From contig JAKLPS010000022.1 in the NCBI GenBank assembly GCA_022013695.1, forward strand, positions 3,809 to 67,808: DNA of 64,000 nucleotides, in the 5' to 3' direction. The notes under the pieces are model-generated. The model was not told the origin of the DNA, ran no database searches, and saw nothing but the letters and a program-made list of their open reading frames with translations. Shown piece after piece: positions 9,518 through 19,734 of this stretch. Source of the DNA: Weeksellaceae bacterium. GTDB taxonomy: Bacteria > Bacteroidota > Bacteroidia > Flavobacteriales > Weeksellaceae. Numbering within the stretch: the stretch's first letter is position 1; each line of letters begins with the position of its first letter. Both the position numbers and the translations under genes were made by a program.

Positions 9518-10558
9518 ATGATGAACGACGAATTTTACATCCGGCGATGTATCGAATTGGCGCAGAAGGCTTTAGGCAACACATACCCGAATCCTTTGGT
9601 CGGGTCCGTAATTGTGCATCGTGACAGAATCATCGGCGAAGGATTTCATAAAAAAGCAGGCGAACCTCACGCAGAAATCAACGCTATTAGTTCGATAAAA
9701 AAGGAAGATCAACATCTAATTTCTGATTCTACCATTTACGTCTCATTGGAACCTTGCGCCCATTTTGGGAAAACGCCGCCTTGCGCTTTGAAAATCGTGG
9801 AACTTGGTTTCAAAAAAGTCGTGATTGGCGCAATGGACAGCCACGAGAAAGTAAACGGCAAGGGCAAAAAAATAATTGAAGACGCGGGAATTGAAGTGGT
9901 TTCGGGAATTTTAGAAGATGAGTGCAAAGACCTCAACAAAAGATTTTTCTGCTATCACGACAAGAAAAGACCTTTCCTTCTTCTGAAATGGGCAGAATCG
10001 GCGGATGGTTTTCTGGACAGGGATTTCCAACCGACGCCAATCAGCAACTCACTTTCCAGACAATTTGTACATCAAATGAGAAGTGAGGAACACGCCATTT
10101 TGGTAGGGAAAAATACTGCGTTGCACGACAATCCAAGTTTGACGGTGAGGGAAGTCCGAGGGAGAAATCCCATTAGAATTTTAATAGATTTTAAGCTGGA
10201 AGTTCCGGAGAGTTTTCATATTTATAATGAAGAATCGGAAACAATTGTCTTCAACTCCATCAAAAATAGCGAAGAAAATCATCTTATGTTTTTTAAAATA
10301 GAAAGAAAAAATTCATTAGATCAAATTTTAAAAAAATTGTACGAATTGCAGATTCAATCGGTCATTGTGGAAGGTGGAAGCTTTAGTTTGCAGCAATTCA
10401 TCGATGAAAACATCTGGGATGAAGCAGTCATTTTTCAAAATCCACACCTGAATCTTGAAAATGGAACAAAAGCGCCCCATTTCAATTTTAAACCGGAAAA
10501 AACTGAAAATCTTAGAGATGGTAAGATTTTGTTTTTCCACAATCAAAGTCTGGATTAA
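9518..10558 (+). CDS. ribD: bifunctional riboflavin biosynthesis deaminase/reductase RibD
   Basis: 346 aa. HAEINA...SLEPCAHFGKTPPC is the CMP/dCMP deaminase zinc motif, followed by a reductase domain. Confidence 0.9.
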   Translation: MMNDEFYIRRCIELAQKALGNTYPNPLVGSVIVHRDRIIGEGFHKKAGEPHAEINAISSIKKEDQHLISDSTIYVSLEPCAHFGKTPPCALKIVELGFKKVVIGAMDSHEKVNGKGKKIIEDAGIEVVSGILEDECKDLNKRFFCYHDKKRPFLLLKWAESADGFLDRDFQPTPISNSLSRQFVHQMRSEEHAILVGKNTALHDNPSLTVREVRGRNPIRILIDFKLEVPESFHIYNEESETIVFNSIKNSEENHLMFFKIERKNSLDQILKKLYELQIQSVIVEGGSFSLQQFIDENIWDEAVIFQNPHLNLENGTKAPHFNFKPEKTENLRDGKILFFHNQSLD

Positions 10559-10615
10559 TCTCAGAATTTTTAAAATCGACGCTCAAAAAAAAATTCGTAA
10601 ATTCGCATCCTTAAT

Positions 10616-11203
10616 TTGATTAAATCCATGAAAAATCTGAGCGCCTCCACCAAAGGTTTGATTTTCTCTGTCTTGGCAATGATTCTCGCCTTTGCGATTT
10701 ACTTTTTGTTTTTGGCTAAGCGAAATTACTATTTGGTGGACAATCCGACGCCGGAAACCTTCTATTTCACGATCAATAATGATGCGGAGAACGTACTTTC
10801 TGCGGGTCAGTATCTGAAAGTTGATCTTAAAAAAGGAAAAAATAGCATCAAGGTCTTTGATCGTAGCAAAAAAATGATTTATGATTCTACGTTCTACGTG
10901 CAAAAACCACGAGGCTTGCTGAACATCACCGGACAGGATTATTTTGTCAATACCCAATATTACGGATATGGCTTGAACAAAGATTCGCTAATCGCTGCAA
11001 AACCTGGCATCGAGATCGATAAGAAACATTATCTCGGCGATGTGCAGAAAATTAATAAACTCTACACCGAGGATTTCTACTACAACTTGGATGAGGAATA
11101 TGACCGCGTCATCAAAAACGTTGCAAAAGTAGAAAGCAGACCGAAGATCTTCCGAAAACAGGATTTTATCAATTATTACAACAGCTACTATAAATTTCAG
11201 TAG
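10616..11203 (+). CDS. hypothetical membrane-anchored protein
   Basis: 195 aa with one N-terminal TM helix (LIFSVLAMILAFAIYFLFL). Confidence 0.55.
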   Translation: MIKSMKNLSASTKGLIFSVLAMILAFAIYFLFLAKRNYYLVDNPTPETFYFTINNDAENVLSAGQYLKVDLKKGKNSIKVFDRSKKMIYDSTFYVQKPRGLLNITGQDYFVNTQYYGYGLNKDSLIAAKPGIEIDKKHYLGDVQKINKLYTEDFYYNLDEEYDRVIKNVAKVESRPKIFRKQDFINYYNSYYKFQ

Positions 11204-11268
11204 ATGGAGCTATCAAAGAATTAGATGATCAAAAAAGCAAAATTATTTATCAATTATTAGCAATAAAA

Positions 11269-11994
11269 ATGGATCACAACACCATCACGCCATACAACTC
11301 GGAATATAGCAAGAAAAGCCAGGTCGAAGATATGTTTGACAATATTGCGCCGAAATATGACCTTTTGAACCACATGCTTTCTATGAAAATAGACGTGCTT
11401 TGGCGAAATAAACTAGTGGAAATACTGAGAAAAGACCAGCCAAAATTGGTATTGGATGTTGCTACTGGAACGGGCGATCTGGCGATTGCCGTGCAAAAAG
11501 GAACCGATGCGGATGTCGTAGGCTTGGACCTTTCCCAGCAGATGCTGAACGTGGGAATCGAGAAAATCCGAAAACAGAAGCTAGACGGCAGAATCTCTAT
11601 GCAAAAAGGCGATGCGGAACAACTTCCTTTTGAAGACAATAAATTCGATGGCGTTACCGTTGCATTTGGAGTGCGCAATTTTGAAAATTTAGATAAAGGA
11701 TTGACCGAATTGCGCAGAGTTGTGAAGGAAGGCAAAAGTATTTATATCTTAGAGTTCTCTAAAGTTGAAGGATTTTTGGGACCGTTTTATATGTTTTATT
11801 TTAAGAATATTTTGCCGGCCATCGGGCGCTTGGTTTCCAAAGACAACAGGGCTTACACCTACCTTCCGGATTCTGTAAACGCATTTCCGTTTGGCGAAAA
11901 AATGAAAACGATTCTTCTGGACACCGGTTTCAGGGCAGTAGAATATAAAAAACTAAGTTTAGGAATAGCCACCATTTATAAAGCTACAAAATAG
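11269..11994 (+). CDS. ubiE: demethylmenaquinone/ubiquinone methyltransferase UbiE/MenG
   Basis: 241 aa. FDNIAPKYDLLNHMLSMKIDVLWR and VLDVATGTGDLA (SAM motif I) match. Confidence 0.9.
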   Translation: MDHNTITPYNSEYSKKSQVEDMFDNIAPKYDLLNHMLSMKIDVLWRNKLVEILRKDQPKLVLDVATGTGDLAIAVQKGTDADVVGLDLSQQMLNVGIEKIRKQKLDGRISMQKGDAEQLPFEDNKFDGVTVAFGVRNFENLDKGLTELRRVVKEGKSIYILEFSKVEGFLGPFYMFYFKNILPAIGRLVSKDNRAYTYLPDSVNAFPFGEKMKTILLDTGFRAVEYKKLSLGIATIYKATK

Positions 11995-11995
11995 A

Positions 11996-12796
11996 ATGAA
12001 GCAGCGACTTATCAAAATTTTATCATTTGCAGTACTTCTGAGCAGCCACTTGGAAGGCCAGACTTTCAATAATCTTTTCAGAACCAAAGATCGGCAGGAC
12101 AACTTGGAAGACTTTGACCTGAAAAAATTCAGTTACGGATTCTATCTCGCTGCCAACAATTTTGATTATAAAATGAATCTCAGCCCAGTTTTTGGGATGG
12201 ATGGCGATAGAAATCTGGTGGAATCCAAAGCCACCTACAGTTTCGGAGCCGGATTGATCGGCAAAATGAGGCTGAATGAATACTTGGATCTTCGGCTGGA
12301 GCCCGGTTTGCACTTCGTACAGCGCGATTTGACCTTCAATACCTACGACCACGTGAATCAATATGCCGGAGGAACCAACTACAACCTGCCCTTTACGCCG
12401 CTGCCAGAATTTACGGATGTAGATTCCAAAAAAATTGTAAAATCTACTTATATAGACATCCCGCTGCTCCTCGAGATCCACGGCGACCGCTGGTACAACT
12501 CGCGGCCTTATGCGGCGGCGGGCATCAATTATCTGATTAATTTGCAATCCAACGAAACTGCTACAGACGACAATCAACAGAATATTTTCCGCACCACGAC
12601 GCACAATTTCGGGTGGAGTGCCGAGATCGGGATTCAGTTCTATTTCAGCAGGTTCAAACTGACGCCGGCTGTTCGCGGCACATTCTTTACCAATAATGAG
12701 CTGGTGCAGGATAACGAAACTACGCCGCCGTACTGGACCCCAGCCATTTCCACTATGCAAACTAGAGCCTTGATGCTGGTCCTTAAATTTGAATAG
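11996..12796 (+). CDS. porT: PorT-family outer-membrane beta-barrel protein (T9SS-associated)
   Basis: 266 aa with a signal peptide, alternating beta-strand pattern and a C-terminal aromatic residue (LKFE). Its position directly after ubiE is typical for Bacteroidota. Confidence 0.65.
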   Translation: MKQRLIKILSFAVLLSSHLEGQTFNNLFRTKDRQDNLEDFDLKKFSYGFYLAANNFDYKMNLSPVFGMDGDRNLVESKATYSFGAGLIGKMRLNEYLDLRLEPGLHFVQRDLTFNTYDHVNQYAGGTNYNLPFTPLPEFTDVDSKKIVKSTYIDIPLLLEIHGDRWYNSRPYAAAGINYLINLQSNETATDDNQQNIFRTTTHNFGWSAEIGIQFYFSRFKLTPAVRGTFFTNNELVQDNETTPPYWTPAISTMQTRALMLVLKFE

Positions 12797-13012
12797 CATA
12801 TAAATTGAGCTATTTGGGAGGCTATTTGTTATTATATAGATTCACATTGTATATCTTTCAAAGATTTAGAGCGATGAAATTATTAAAAAAAATCGGCTCC
12901 TAAATCACTATAAATCAAACAGAAAGGAAGTCTTGCTCACAAAAGAGAAATATCGTGTTAAATCATCATTAATTTTTCTTATTTTTGTAAAAGTTAGAAT
13001 TTAATTCTGGTA

Positions 13013-13315
13013 ATGCTAAGCGAATTAGAAAACAACTTTTCTGTTTTGGAAAAAAAGATTCTCCATCTATATAAGAAGTTTAAGAATCTTTCGGAAAACC
13101 ACGCAGAAACGGCCGCGGAGCTAAGAAAATTGCGAGAAGAGTATGCCGAGGAAAAACGCAGAAACCAGAGGTTAGGAGAAGAAAACAAAGAATTAAAACT
13201 TTATTCCGCAGTATCCGGAAACGCAGAACACAACCGACTGATGAAAAATCATATCAACAGATTGGTAAAAGAAATAGATATGTGCGTTTCCGAATTACAA
13301 AACACCGGCTTATAA
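13013..13315 (+). CDS. hypothetical coiled-coil protein upstream of zapA
   Basis: 100 aa with charged heptad-like sequence. Its stop abuts the zapA start. Confidence 0.55.
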   Translation: MLSELENNFSVLEKKILHLYKKFKNLSENHAETAAELRKLREEYAEEKRRNQRLGEENKELKLYSAVSGNAEHNRLMKNHINRLVKEIDMCVSELQNTGL

Positions 13316-13317
13316 CG

Positions 13318-13605
13318 ATGGATTTCAGAAGAATAACAATCAATATTGCCGGAAGAAATTATCCGCTCAATGTGCCCGCAGCCGAGGAAGAAACGTTGCG
13401 AAAAGTGGGCAAGCAGATAGAAAGTTTGATAAAAGACTTCGAAGCCAGTTTCGATGTGCGAGACAAGCAAGATGCGCTTGCCATGTGCGTGTTGAAACTT
13501 GGGACCAATGCAGAAGTTTATTCTTTAAATAATGAGAAAAATCTTAAAAATACAAACGAGCGCGTGATGAAGATCAATGCACTCCTTGAACAATTGGAAA
13601 AATAA
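13318..13605 (+). CDS. zapA: cell division protein ZapA
   Basis: The internal ATG at 13318 gives MDFRRITINIAGRNYPLNVPAAEEETLRKVGKQIE...DKQDALAMCVLKL, a typical ZapA N-terminus. Confidence 0.75.
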   Translation: MDFRRITINIAGRNYPLNVPAAEEETLRKVGKQIESLIKDFEASFDVRDKQDALAMCVLKLGTNAEVYSLNNEKNLKNTNERVMKINALLEQLEK

Positions 13606-13626
13606 AATTTTTCTGACGACAAGCTT

Positions 13627-13791
13627 CCTACAACAGTTCTAACACAAAGAAGTAAACTCAACAATTAAAAATTACCGGACGAAAGTTCATTCGATGGCGT
13701 GCTGCCTTGCGCAGATTACAGAGCGTGAAAATCAGTTCAAATCGTGTTTTTATGGAGTTTACTCTATAACTGAACTGTTGTAGGTTTTTTT
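13627..13791 (+). ncRNA. ssrS: candidate 6S-like structured RNA
   Basis: The 13-nt 5-prime segment cctacaacagttc pairs perfectly with gaactgttgtagg about 145 nt downstream. An inner 8-bp helix pairs gtaaactc with gagtttac, and a T7 run follows. The region is non-coding and lies directly downstream of zapA. Confidence 0.5.
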
Positions 13792-13937
13792 ATGTACGAT
13801 ATACAAAGTAAAATGTAAAAAGTATTGAGTTATAAATCAAAAGGATAAATAGAAAGCAAAGGCATGAAAAGTCTTTATACATAGTACTTTTACAATGTAC
13901 TTTAAAAATAAAATAAACTCAACATATATATAAATTT

Positions 13938-15509
13938 ATGGACACAATTACCATTATCATTGGTGTCGTCGCACTTATCATCGGAGCGGTAGCCGGACTT
14001 TTCATCGGAAAGAGTTCTCTAAATTCAAAAGCGCAATACGTTGTAGAAGATGCGAAGAAGACAGCCGAAAACATTATAGAAAAAGCCAATGTGCAATCCG
14101 AAGCTGTAAAAAAAGAAAAACACTTACAGGCCAAAGAGAAATTTCTGGAGCTGAAATCCCAACACGACGCCGACATCCAGTCTAGAGAAAGAAAAATGCA
14201 GGAAGCGGAAAAGCGAACCAAAGACAAGGAAAACAAACTCAATGACGAGCTTAGCAAAACTGGAAAACTTGAAAAAGATCTCGAACGGCAGTTGGCGGAA
14301 TATGACAAAAAACTAGAAGTGGTGCAGAAAAAGCAACACGATCTGGAAGCTGCAACCAACCAAAAAGTAGAAATGTTGGAAAAAATAGCCAACTATTCTG
14401 CCGAAGAAGCGAAAAACGAATTGGTAGAATCTTTGAAAGCTGAAGCTAAAAGCAAAGCGTCAGCGCACGTTCAAAGTATTATGGAAGAGGCGCAGCTAAA
14501 TGCAAAAAGTGAAGCCAGAAAAATCGTTATCCAGACCATCCAAAGAATTGGAACTGAGCAAGCGGTAGAAAACTCAGTATCTGTTTTTAATATCGAGTCA
14601 GACGAAATCAAGGGCAGAATCATTGGGCGAGAAGGTAGAAATATCCGCGCCTTAGAAGCGGCCACTGGCGTAGAAATCATTGTAGATGATACCCCGGAAG
14701 CTATTCTTCTGTCTTGTTTTGATCCTGTGCGCCGAGAGATCGCAAGATTGTCCCTCCACAGATTGGTTACAGACGGCAGAATCCACCCAGCGAGAATCGA
14801 GGAAGTGGTAGAAAAAACAAGAAAACAGATTGAGGAAGAAATCATCGAAGTTGGTAAAAGAACCATCATCGATCTTGGAATCCACGGGCTGCATCCAGAA
14901 CTGGTGAAAGTAATCGGTCGGATGAAGTTCCGTTCTTCGTATGGCCAAAACCTTCTTCAACACTCCCGAGAAGTGGCAAACATCGCTGCAACGATGGCCG
15001 CAGAACTGGGACTGAATGTAAAATTAGCAAAAAGAGCCGGTTTATTACACGATATCGGGAAAGTTCCTGAGCAGGAATCCGAATTGCCGCACGCCCTTCT
15101 TGGAATGCAGTGGGCAGAAAAATATGGCGAGAATGCCGAAGTGATCAACGCCATTGGTGCTCACCACGACGAAATCGAAATGACTTCTCTCCTATCACCA
15201 ATCATCCAGGTTGCCGATGCAATTTCCGGCGCAAGACCGGGCGCCAGAAGACAGGTTTTGGAATCTTATATCCAAAGGCTGAAAGATCTTGAAGCAGCTG
15301 CTTTGAGTTTTGACGGCGTTTCCAGCGCTTATGCGATCCAAGCGGGAAGAGAACTTCGTGTGATGGTAGAAAGCGGAAAAGTGAACGATGAAAATGCTCA
15401 TCAGCTTTCGTATGACATCTCTGAAAAAATCCAGAATGAGTTGACTTATCCGGGACAAGTAAGGGTAACAGTAATTAGAGAAACTAGATCTGTGAATATT
15501 GCGAGATAA
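13938..15509 (+). CDS. rny: ribonuclease Y
   Basis: 523 aa with an N-terminal TM helix, a long coiled coil, KH ([15 protein letters not shown]) and HD (LLHDIGK) domains. Confidence 0.95.
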   Translation: MDTITIIIGVVALIIGAVAGLFIGKSSLNSKAQYVVEDAKKTAENIIEKANVQSEAVKKEKHLQAKEKFLELKSQHDADIQSRERKMQEAEKRTKDKENKLNDELSKTGKLEKDLERQLAEYDKKLEVVQKKQHDLEAATNQKVEMLEKIANYSAEEAKNELVESLKAEAKSKASAHVQSIMEEAQLNAKSEARKIVIQTIQRIGTEQAVENSVSVFNIESDEIKGRIIGREGRNIRALEAATGVEIIVDDTPEAILLSCFDPVRREIARLSLHRLVTDGRIHPARIEEVVEKTRKQIEEEIIEVGKRTIIDLGIHGLHPELVKVIGRMKFRSSYGQNLLQHSREVANIAATMAAELGLNVKLAKRAGLLHDIGKVPEQESELPHALLGMQWAEKYGENAEVINAIGAHHDEIEMTSLLSPIIQVADAISGARPGARRQVLESYIQRLKDLEAAALSFDGVSSAYAIQAGRELRVMVESGKVNDENAHQLSYDISEKIQNELTYPGQVRVTVIRETRSVNIAR

Positions 15510-15531
15510 TTCAGATTTTAAAATAAATGAG

Positions 15532-15555
15532 AAAGGCTTCCAGATTTGGAAGCCT
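15532..15555 (+). terminator. intrinsic terminator hairpin after rny
   Basis: aaggcttcca-gatt-tggaagcctt forms a perfect 10-bp stem followed by ttttgttt. Confidence 0.7.
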
Positions 15556-15604
15556 TTTGTTTATTGATGAAAATACTAATTTCGAAAAGCTATTCCACTC
15601 CCAC

Positions 15605-16207
15605 TTAATCATCCCCCCTTCCATCCGCAATGGCGTGAACCGTTTTATTTTCATCCACCAATATCATTTCTGTTCTTCCAATTTGGGGGATTCTTTCGAT
15701 TTTATAATTCATTGTTTCCAGAGATTTGATGGTTGTTTCCGGAAAGTTGTTTTCGGTTAGTACCACTTCAGGCAACCATTGGTGATGGAACTTCGGAGTG
15801 TTGACAGAGAAGTTGGCATTCTGTTTAAAATCTATCACATTTACGATTGCCTGGAAAACTGAGGTTGGGATTGTAGTTCCGCCTGGAGTTCCAACCACAA
15901 TCTTTACTTTGTTGTCTTTCAAAACCAAAGTTGGCGTCATAGATGAGAGCATCCTTTTTCCGGGTTCAATTTTGTTTGCTTCACCACCGACTGCGCCGAA
16001 CATATTTGGAACACCTGGTTTTATGGAGAAATCATCCATTTCGTTATTAAGGAAGAAACCGGCTCCGGAAACTACAGTTTTGCTTCCGTACAATCCGTTC
16101 AGCGTTGTAGTTACAGAAACTGCATTCCCGAATTTGTCCAGGATGGAAACCTGAGTTGTTTCAGTACTCTCTTTTTGATTTGGATCGATGATATTCCCAA
16201 CAATTTT
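15605..16207 (-). pseudogene. ggt: gamma-glutamyltransferase, 5-prime-truncated remnant (small-subunit region only)
   Basis: The open frame reads ...GNIIDPNQKESTETTQVSILDKFGNAVSVTTTLNGLYGSKTVVSGAGFFLNNEMDDF...GTPGGTTIPT... This is the catalytic Thr region plus the small subunit. A TGA closes the frame at 16208-16210, and the roughly 370-aa large subunit expected upstream is absent. Confidence 0.75.
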
Positions 16208-16352
16208 TCAGTACATTACCACAAAAAATTAAAATCGTTTTTATTTGGTTCAAAAAATGAATTCTGGAAAGACAAACTTACAAAATTGTTTTCAGCGCGC
16301 TCGCATACTCAGAAGATAATTTGCCTTAAGCCTTTTACAATGATCGAAAACA

Positions 16353-16379
16353 AAAAGCCCACTCCAATGAGCGGGCTTT
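16353..16379 (-). terminator. intrinsic terminator after the 635-aa T9SS gene
   Basis: The minus strand reads aaagcccgctcattggagtgggcttttt, a hairpin followed by a T-run. Confidence 0.55.
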
Positions 16380-16402
16380 ATTAATTATCTACTTCTAAAG
16401 TA

Positions 16403-18310
16403 TTATTTTTTAATCGCTTTGAGCGATTTTAAGCTCCCGTCTTTCATTTGAAGATTGATCATGTACAATCCTTGTCTCAAATTAGATAAGTTCAACTGGT
16501 TTACTGCCGCAGTCCTGCTCAATTGTCTTCCAGACATATCACTTACTGAGATGGATTTAACTCCTTTTATGTCAGAGATATTAAGAACATCCGTGAATGG
16601 ATTAGGATATAGCGATATGCCTGCGCGGCTAGCACCAGAAACGGCCAAACTTACACTACTAAATTCATCAGCTCCCATATCCGGCGTTGCAGTTCTTGCT
16701 TCTCCATCAATATCCGTTGTGACATCCGCTAAAGGCGTTCCGAAGTTATCTAATTCTGTATTAACGGCCGTAAGGTGCAAATCCGTAGATGAAGCAAATG
16801 TTGGCATTACATTTAAAGAATTTTCATTTCCGCCAAAACCTGTTTGCAAATCATTTAAAGTAGTATTATCGGCTGCAGCAATATATCCCAATGCCGTACC
16901 TGAAGCATAATAATCGTTATAATCAAGATTGTTGAACACGGTCTTAGGTGCTCCTGAGTAAATCGCATATCGCGCTCCTGAAGTCTTATTATTAGCGAAA
17001 ATATTATTTCTTGCATCTATTGCACCTGCGGCGGTAACCAACGAGTGGACATATAAGGCTGCCGACGTTCCAACTTCACCAGGATTTGAAGTGCTGAGGT
17101 TGACCGTATTATTATAAATTTTATATCCGCTGCCAGCATTATATACTGAAATACCCATCGGCTGAGCAGTCACTCCAGTTCCACTAATATCGGAAATAAA
17201 ATTGTTATATACTAACACATTTGCACCAGGTGCTGTAGATGATAAACATATACCAGCTCCTGCATTTGCAGAAATAGTATTTTGTAAACCTGCTATTTTA
17301 TTGGAATATACGCTCACGTTAGAAGTAGCTCCTGCAATAGTGACTCCTGCATAATAAGAGTTAGCACTCGGAGTACTAAAGTTGGATATTGTGTTATCAT
17401 GTACTTTCGAAGAAGTCGATGTGCCGGTATTCACATAAACTCCCAGAGGAATCGTATACGTGCTAGTAGAGGAGTTGGAAAATCCTGTAATAGTATTCCC
17501 ATATACGTCTGCATTGTTGGTTGCATTTGCTAAATAAACGCCAATGAGATAATTAACCTTAGAACTTGTTCCAATATCGCTATTACTTACGGTGATTGTA
17601 TTATTACTTACGGTTGAACCGCCACTAACACCCTCCAAATAAGCCCCATAATTTCTAATCCCAGTAGTGAAAGTGTTACCAGTGATCACAAGGCCGGCGT
17701 TGTTACCAGCTGGTTTTCCCACCACATAGATCCCTGCCATACCAGTTTGTACTTCATTATTTTGAAATGTAATATTGCTGAAAAATCCTCCCGCAACGCC
17801 AGTTCCATTTGCCAAAACAACAGGATAACCCGCCGAATTAGTACCATTCACAAAAGTTGTGTTCTTAATGGTTACATTGGTAAGCGTTTTGGCAGCGGCA
17901 TTAGCACCCATTAGTAGTACATACGGTGTTGAAGTGGATGTGTTTTTAACCGTAAGATCCTTCGTAGTACCGCCAACAGTAGCAGAACCATCTATGGTTA
18001 CATTTGATCCCAGTATTTTTATTATGGAACCTGTATTTATTGCACCAGTTACGGTTACGGGGACTGAGGGCTTAATGACAACCGAAGTGTAAGTAGTACT
18101 GATGTTTAAGAGTGCTGTGGAAGGTTCATTAGTGTTTGCTGTGATCGTTACCTTTATGTCACCTTGGTGTATTCCCGAATTAATGGCGTCAAAAGCCGCA
18201 AATAATGATAGGTAATTTGCACTGGCTGTTCCTGCGGTGGCAGTTACGTCCACCTGAGCGTGCACAAATATCGCAAAAGCTATAAAACTTGCAAGTAAAA
18301 ATTTCTTCAT
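16403..18310 (-). CDS. T9SS-secreted right-handed beta-helix repeat protein
   Basis: 635 aa with a signal peptide and many N/T/G-rich repeats (NNTITVSN, GNTITGF, DNTISNF). The C-terminal sorting domain reads LYPNPFTDVLNISDIKGVKSISVSDMSGRQL...LRQGLYMINLQMKDGSLKSLKAIKK. Confidence 0.8.
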   Translation of the reverse strand: MKKFLLASFIAFAIFVHAQVDVTATAGTASANYLSLFAAFDAINSGIHQGDIKVTITANTNEPSTALLNISTTYTSVVIKPSVPVTVTGAINTGSIIKILGSNVTIDGSATVGGTTKDLTVKNTSTSTPYVLLMGANAAAKTLTNVTIKNTTFVNGTNSAGYPVVLANGTGVAGGFFSNITFQNNEVQTGMAGIYVVGKPAGNNAGLVITGNTFTTGIRNYGAYLEGVSGGSTVSNNTITVSNSDIGTSSKVNYLIGVYLANATNNADVYGNTITGFSNSSTSTYTIPLGVYVNTGTSTSSKVHDNTISNFSTPSANSYYAGVTIAGATSNVSVYSNKIAGLQNTISANAGAGICLSSTAPGANVLVYNNFISDISGTGVTAQPMGISVYNAGSGYKIYNNTVNLSTSNPGEVGTSAALYVHSLVTAAGAIDARNNIFANNKTSGARYAIYSGAPKTVFNNLDYNDYYASGTALGYIAAADNTTLNDLQTGFGGNENSLNVMPTFASSTDLHLTAVNTELDNFGTPLADVTTDIDGEARTATPDMGADEFSSVSLAVSGASRAGISLYPNPFTDVLNISDIKGVKSISVSDMSGRQLSRTAAVNQLNLSNLRQGLYMINLQMKDGSLKSLKAIKK

Positions 18311-18530
18311 AATGGTCTATCTATTAATTATTTAAAAACATTTAAACAAATGTAATCATTATTTTATCAAAAATTCATCTAAGTGTAATGTTTTTCTTTA
18401 CTACAAGAAATTTGAAAATTATAAGTCTGATTAATACTACAATCAAAATCACCAAAACTTCTGAACAATTGCAACAAAAAAACCGACCTATTTAATAGGA
18501 GGCCGGCTTGATTATAACCAATTTTTTAGA

Positions 18531-19595
18531 TTATTTTTTGATCGCTTTGAAAGTTTTTACGCTTCCATCTTCCATTTTAAGATTAACAATATAGACGCCT
18601 TGTTTCAAGTTGGTAACATTGAGTTCTGTGGATGGCGCAAGGGTTTTCACTTCTCTTCCGGACATATCGTGAATAGAAACGGATTTAACGCCTTTTATAT
18701 CGGAGATATTAAGAACATCCGTGAATGGGTTTGGATACAAAGAAAGAGCGGTTTTAGGAGTCAAATTGTCATTTACCGCTAAAAGATCAACGACATTGGT
18801 GGCTTTTAATCTGATGTTGTCGAATAAGATAGCCGCAGCTACTGTATTAACAGTTACAGTAGTATTGGGCACCGCTTGGACTTGAATATTTGCTAAATTT
18901 GGCGTAGCACCAGCTCCTGCACCTTGATAGAATTGATCAATCACAACCTCTTTTGTTGCCTCATTGATAATTTTATAGGAAATCTCTCCAGAAACACTGT
19001 CCCAAGCAATCCCCACTTTGTACCAAGTGTTGGCCGCTATGGCCGTATTAAACGTGTAAGCCCAATTTCCAACCGCTTGGCCAGTTTGCCCATTTATGTT
19101 GACAGGGTCAGAGTATGCAATTAAAGAATGTTGTTTTGTGGCCATATTAAGGGCAAAACCTACGACGCATTTGTTGGCTGCCGAAGCATCCCACAGATAA
19201 ATCCTAGCAGTATTCTGCGAAGTTGACGGTGCTCCACTAAAAACATCAAATTCATACTGAAGGATGTCATTTCCAGGAGTTCTAGTGCCCCAAACAGAAA
19301 CCAACTTGTTGTTTTGGTTGATCTGTTTTGTGCCGACAGCACTATTTGATCCCAGAATAGAAAGAACCTTCCCGTGTGTCACATTGTCGTTCTGAACTTG
19401 GAAATTACTCGCTGCTGAATTAGGAGCAGTTGTCGCCGCGCTGATATACCAACCTCCTTGTCCTGGCGTAACACCAGTAATATCCGTTCCTAAGTTTCCA
19501 AGTGTTGCTGCTTCAAAATCATCACTGTAAACTGATTGCCCGAAGAATAATCCGGGCGCTGCTGCCAAAAGGCAAGAGAATAGAATTTTTTTCAT
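18531..19595 (-). CDS. T9SS-secreted protein (lectin/LamG-like body, uncertain)
   Basis: 354 aa with a signal peptide. The C-terminal sorting domain LYPNPFTDVLNISDIKGVKSVSIHDMSGREV...LKQGVYIVNLKMEDGSVKTFKAIKK is almost the same as in the neighbouring gene. Confidence 0.75.
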   Translation of the reverse strand: MKKILFSCLLAAAPGLFFGQSVYSDDFEAATLGNLGTDITGVTPGQGGWYISAATTAPNSAASNFQVQNDNVTHGKVLSILGSNSAVGTKQINQNNKLVSVWGTRTPGNDILQYEFDVFSGAPSTSQNTARIYLWDASAANKCVVGFALNMATKQHSLIAYSDPVNINGQTGQAVGNWAYTFNTAIAANTWYKVGIAWDSVSGEISYKIINEATKEVVIDQFYQGAGAGATPNLANIQVQAVPNTTVTVNTVAAAILFDNIRLKATNVVDLLAVNDNLTPKTALSLYPNPFTDVLNISDIKGVKSVSIHDMSGREVKTLAPSTELNVTNLKQGVYIVNLKMEDGSVKTFKAIKK

Positions 19596-19700
19596 ATTAT
19601 TATAAATTTTTAAAAATTAATACGAATATAAAATAAATTTTCTGTAAAAAAAAGAACATTAACAGTTAATGTAGCGAGAGAAAAAATAAAAGTGATATAA

Positions 19701-19732
19701 ATAAAAAATCCCACAATCTCAGTTGTAGGATT
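19701..19732 (-). terminator. hairpin plus T-run directly downstream of the tRNA fragment
   Basis: The minus strand reads aatcctacaactgagattgtgggatt followed by tttttt. Confidence 0.5.
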
Positions 19733-19734
19733 AA

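Noticed and set aside
11274-11735. 153-aa ORF antisense to ubiE.
   Set aside because: It is the mirror frame of a well-supported methyltransferase and has no motifs.
12023-12799. 258-aa ORF antisense to porT.
   Set aside because: It is Arg/Gly/Pro-rich with no motifs and is an exact mirror of the porT frame. The plus-strand product has a signal peptide and beta-barrel features.
13919-14392. 157-aa ORF antisense to the 5-prime part of rny.
   Set aside because: Its S/F/C-rich composition is produced by reading the Lys/Glu-rich coiled-coil region of RNase Y backwards.
16175-16384. 69-aa ORF in the gap between the ggt remnant and the T9SS gene.
   Set aside because: It starts with an alternative codon, is AT-rich, has no motif, and overlaps the terminator hairpin of the T9SS gene.
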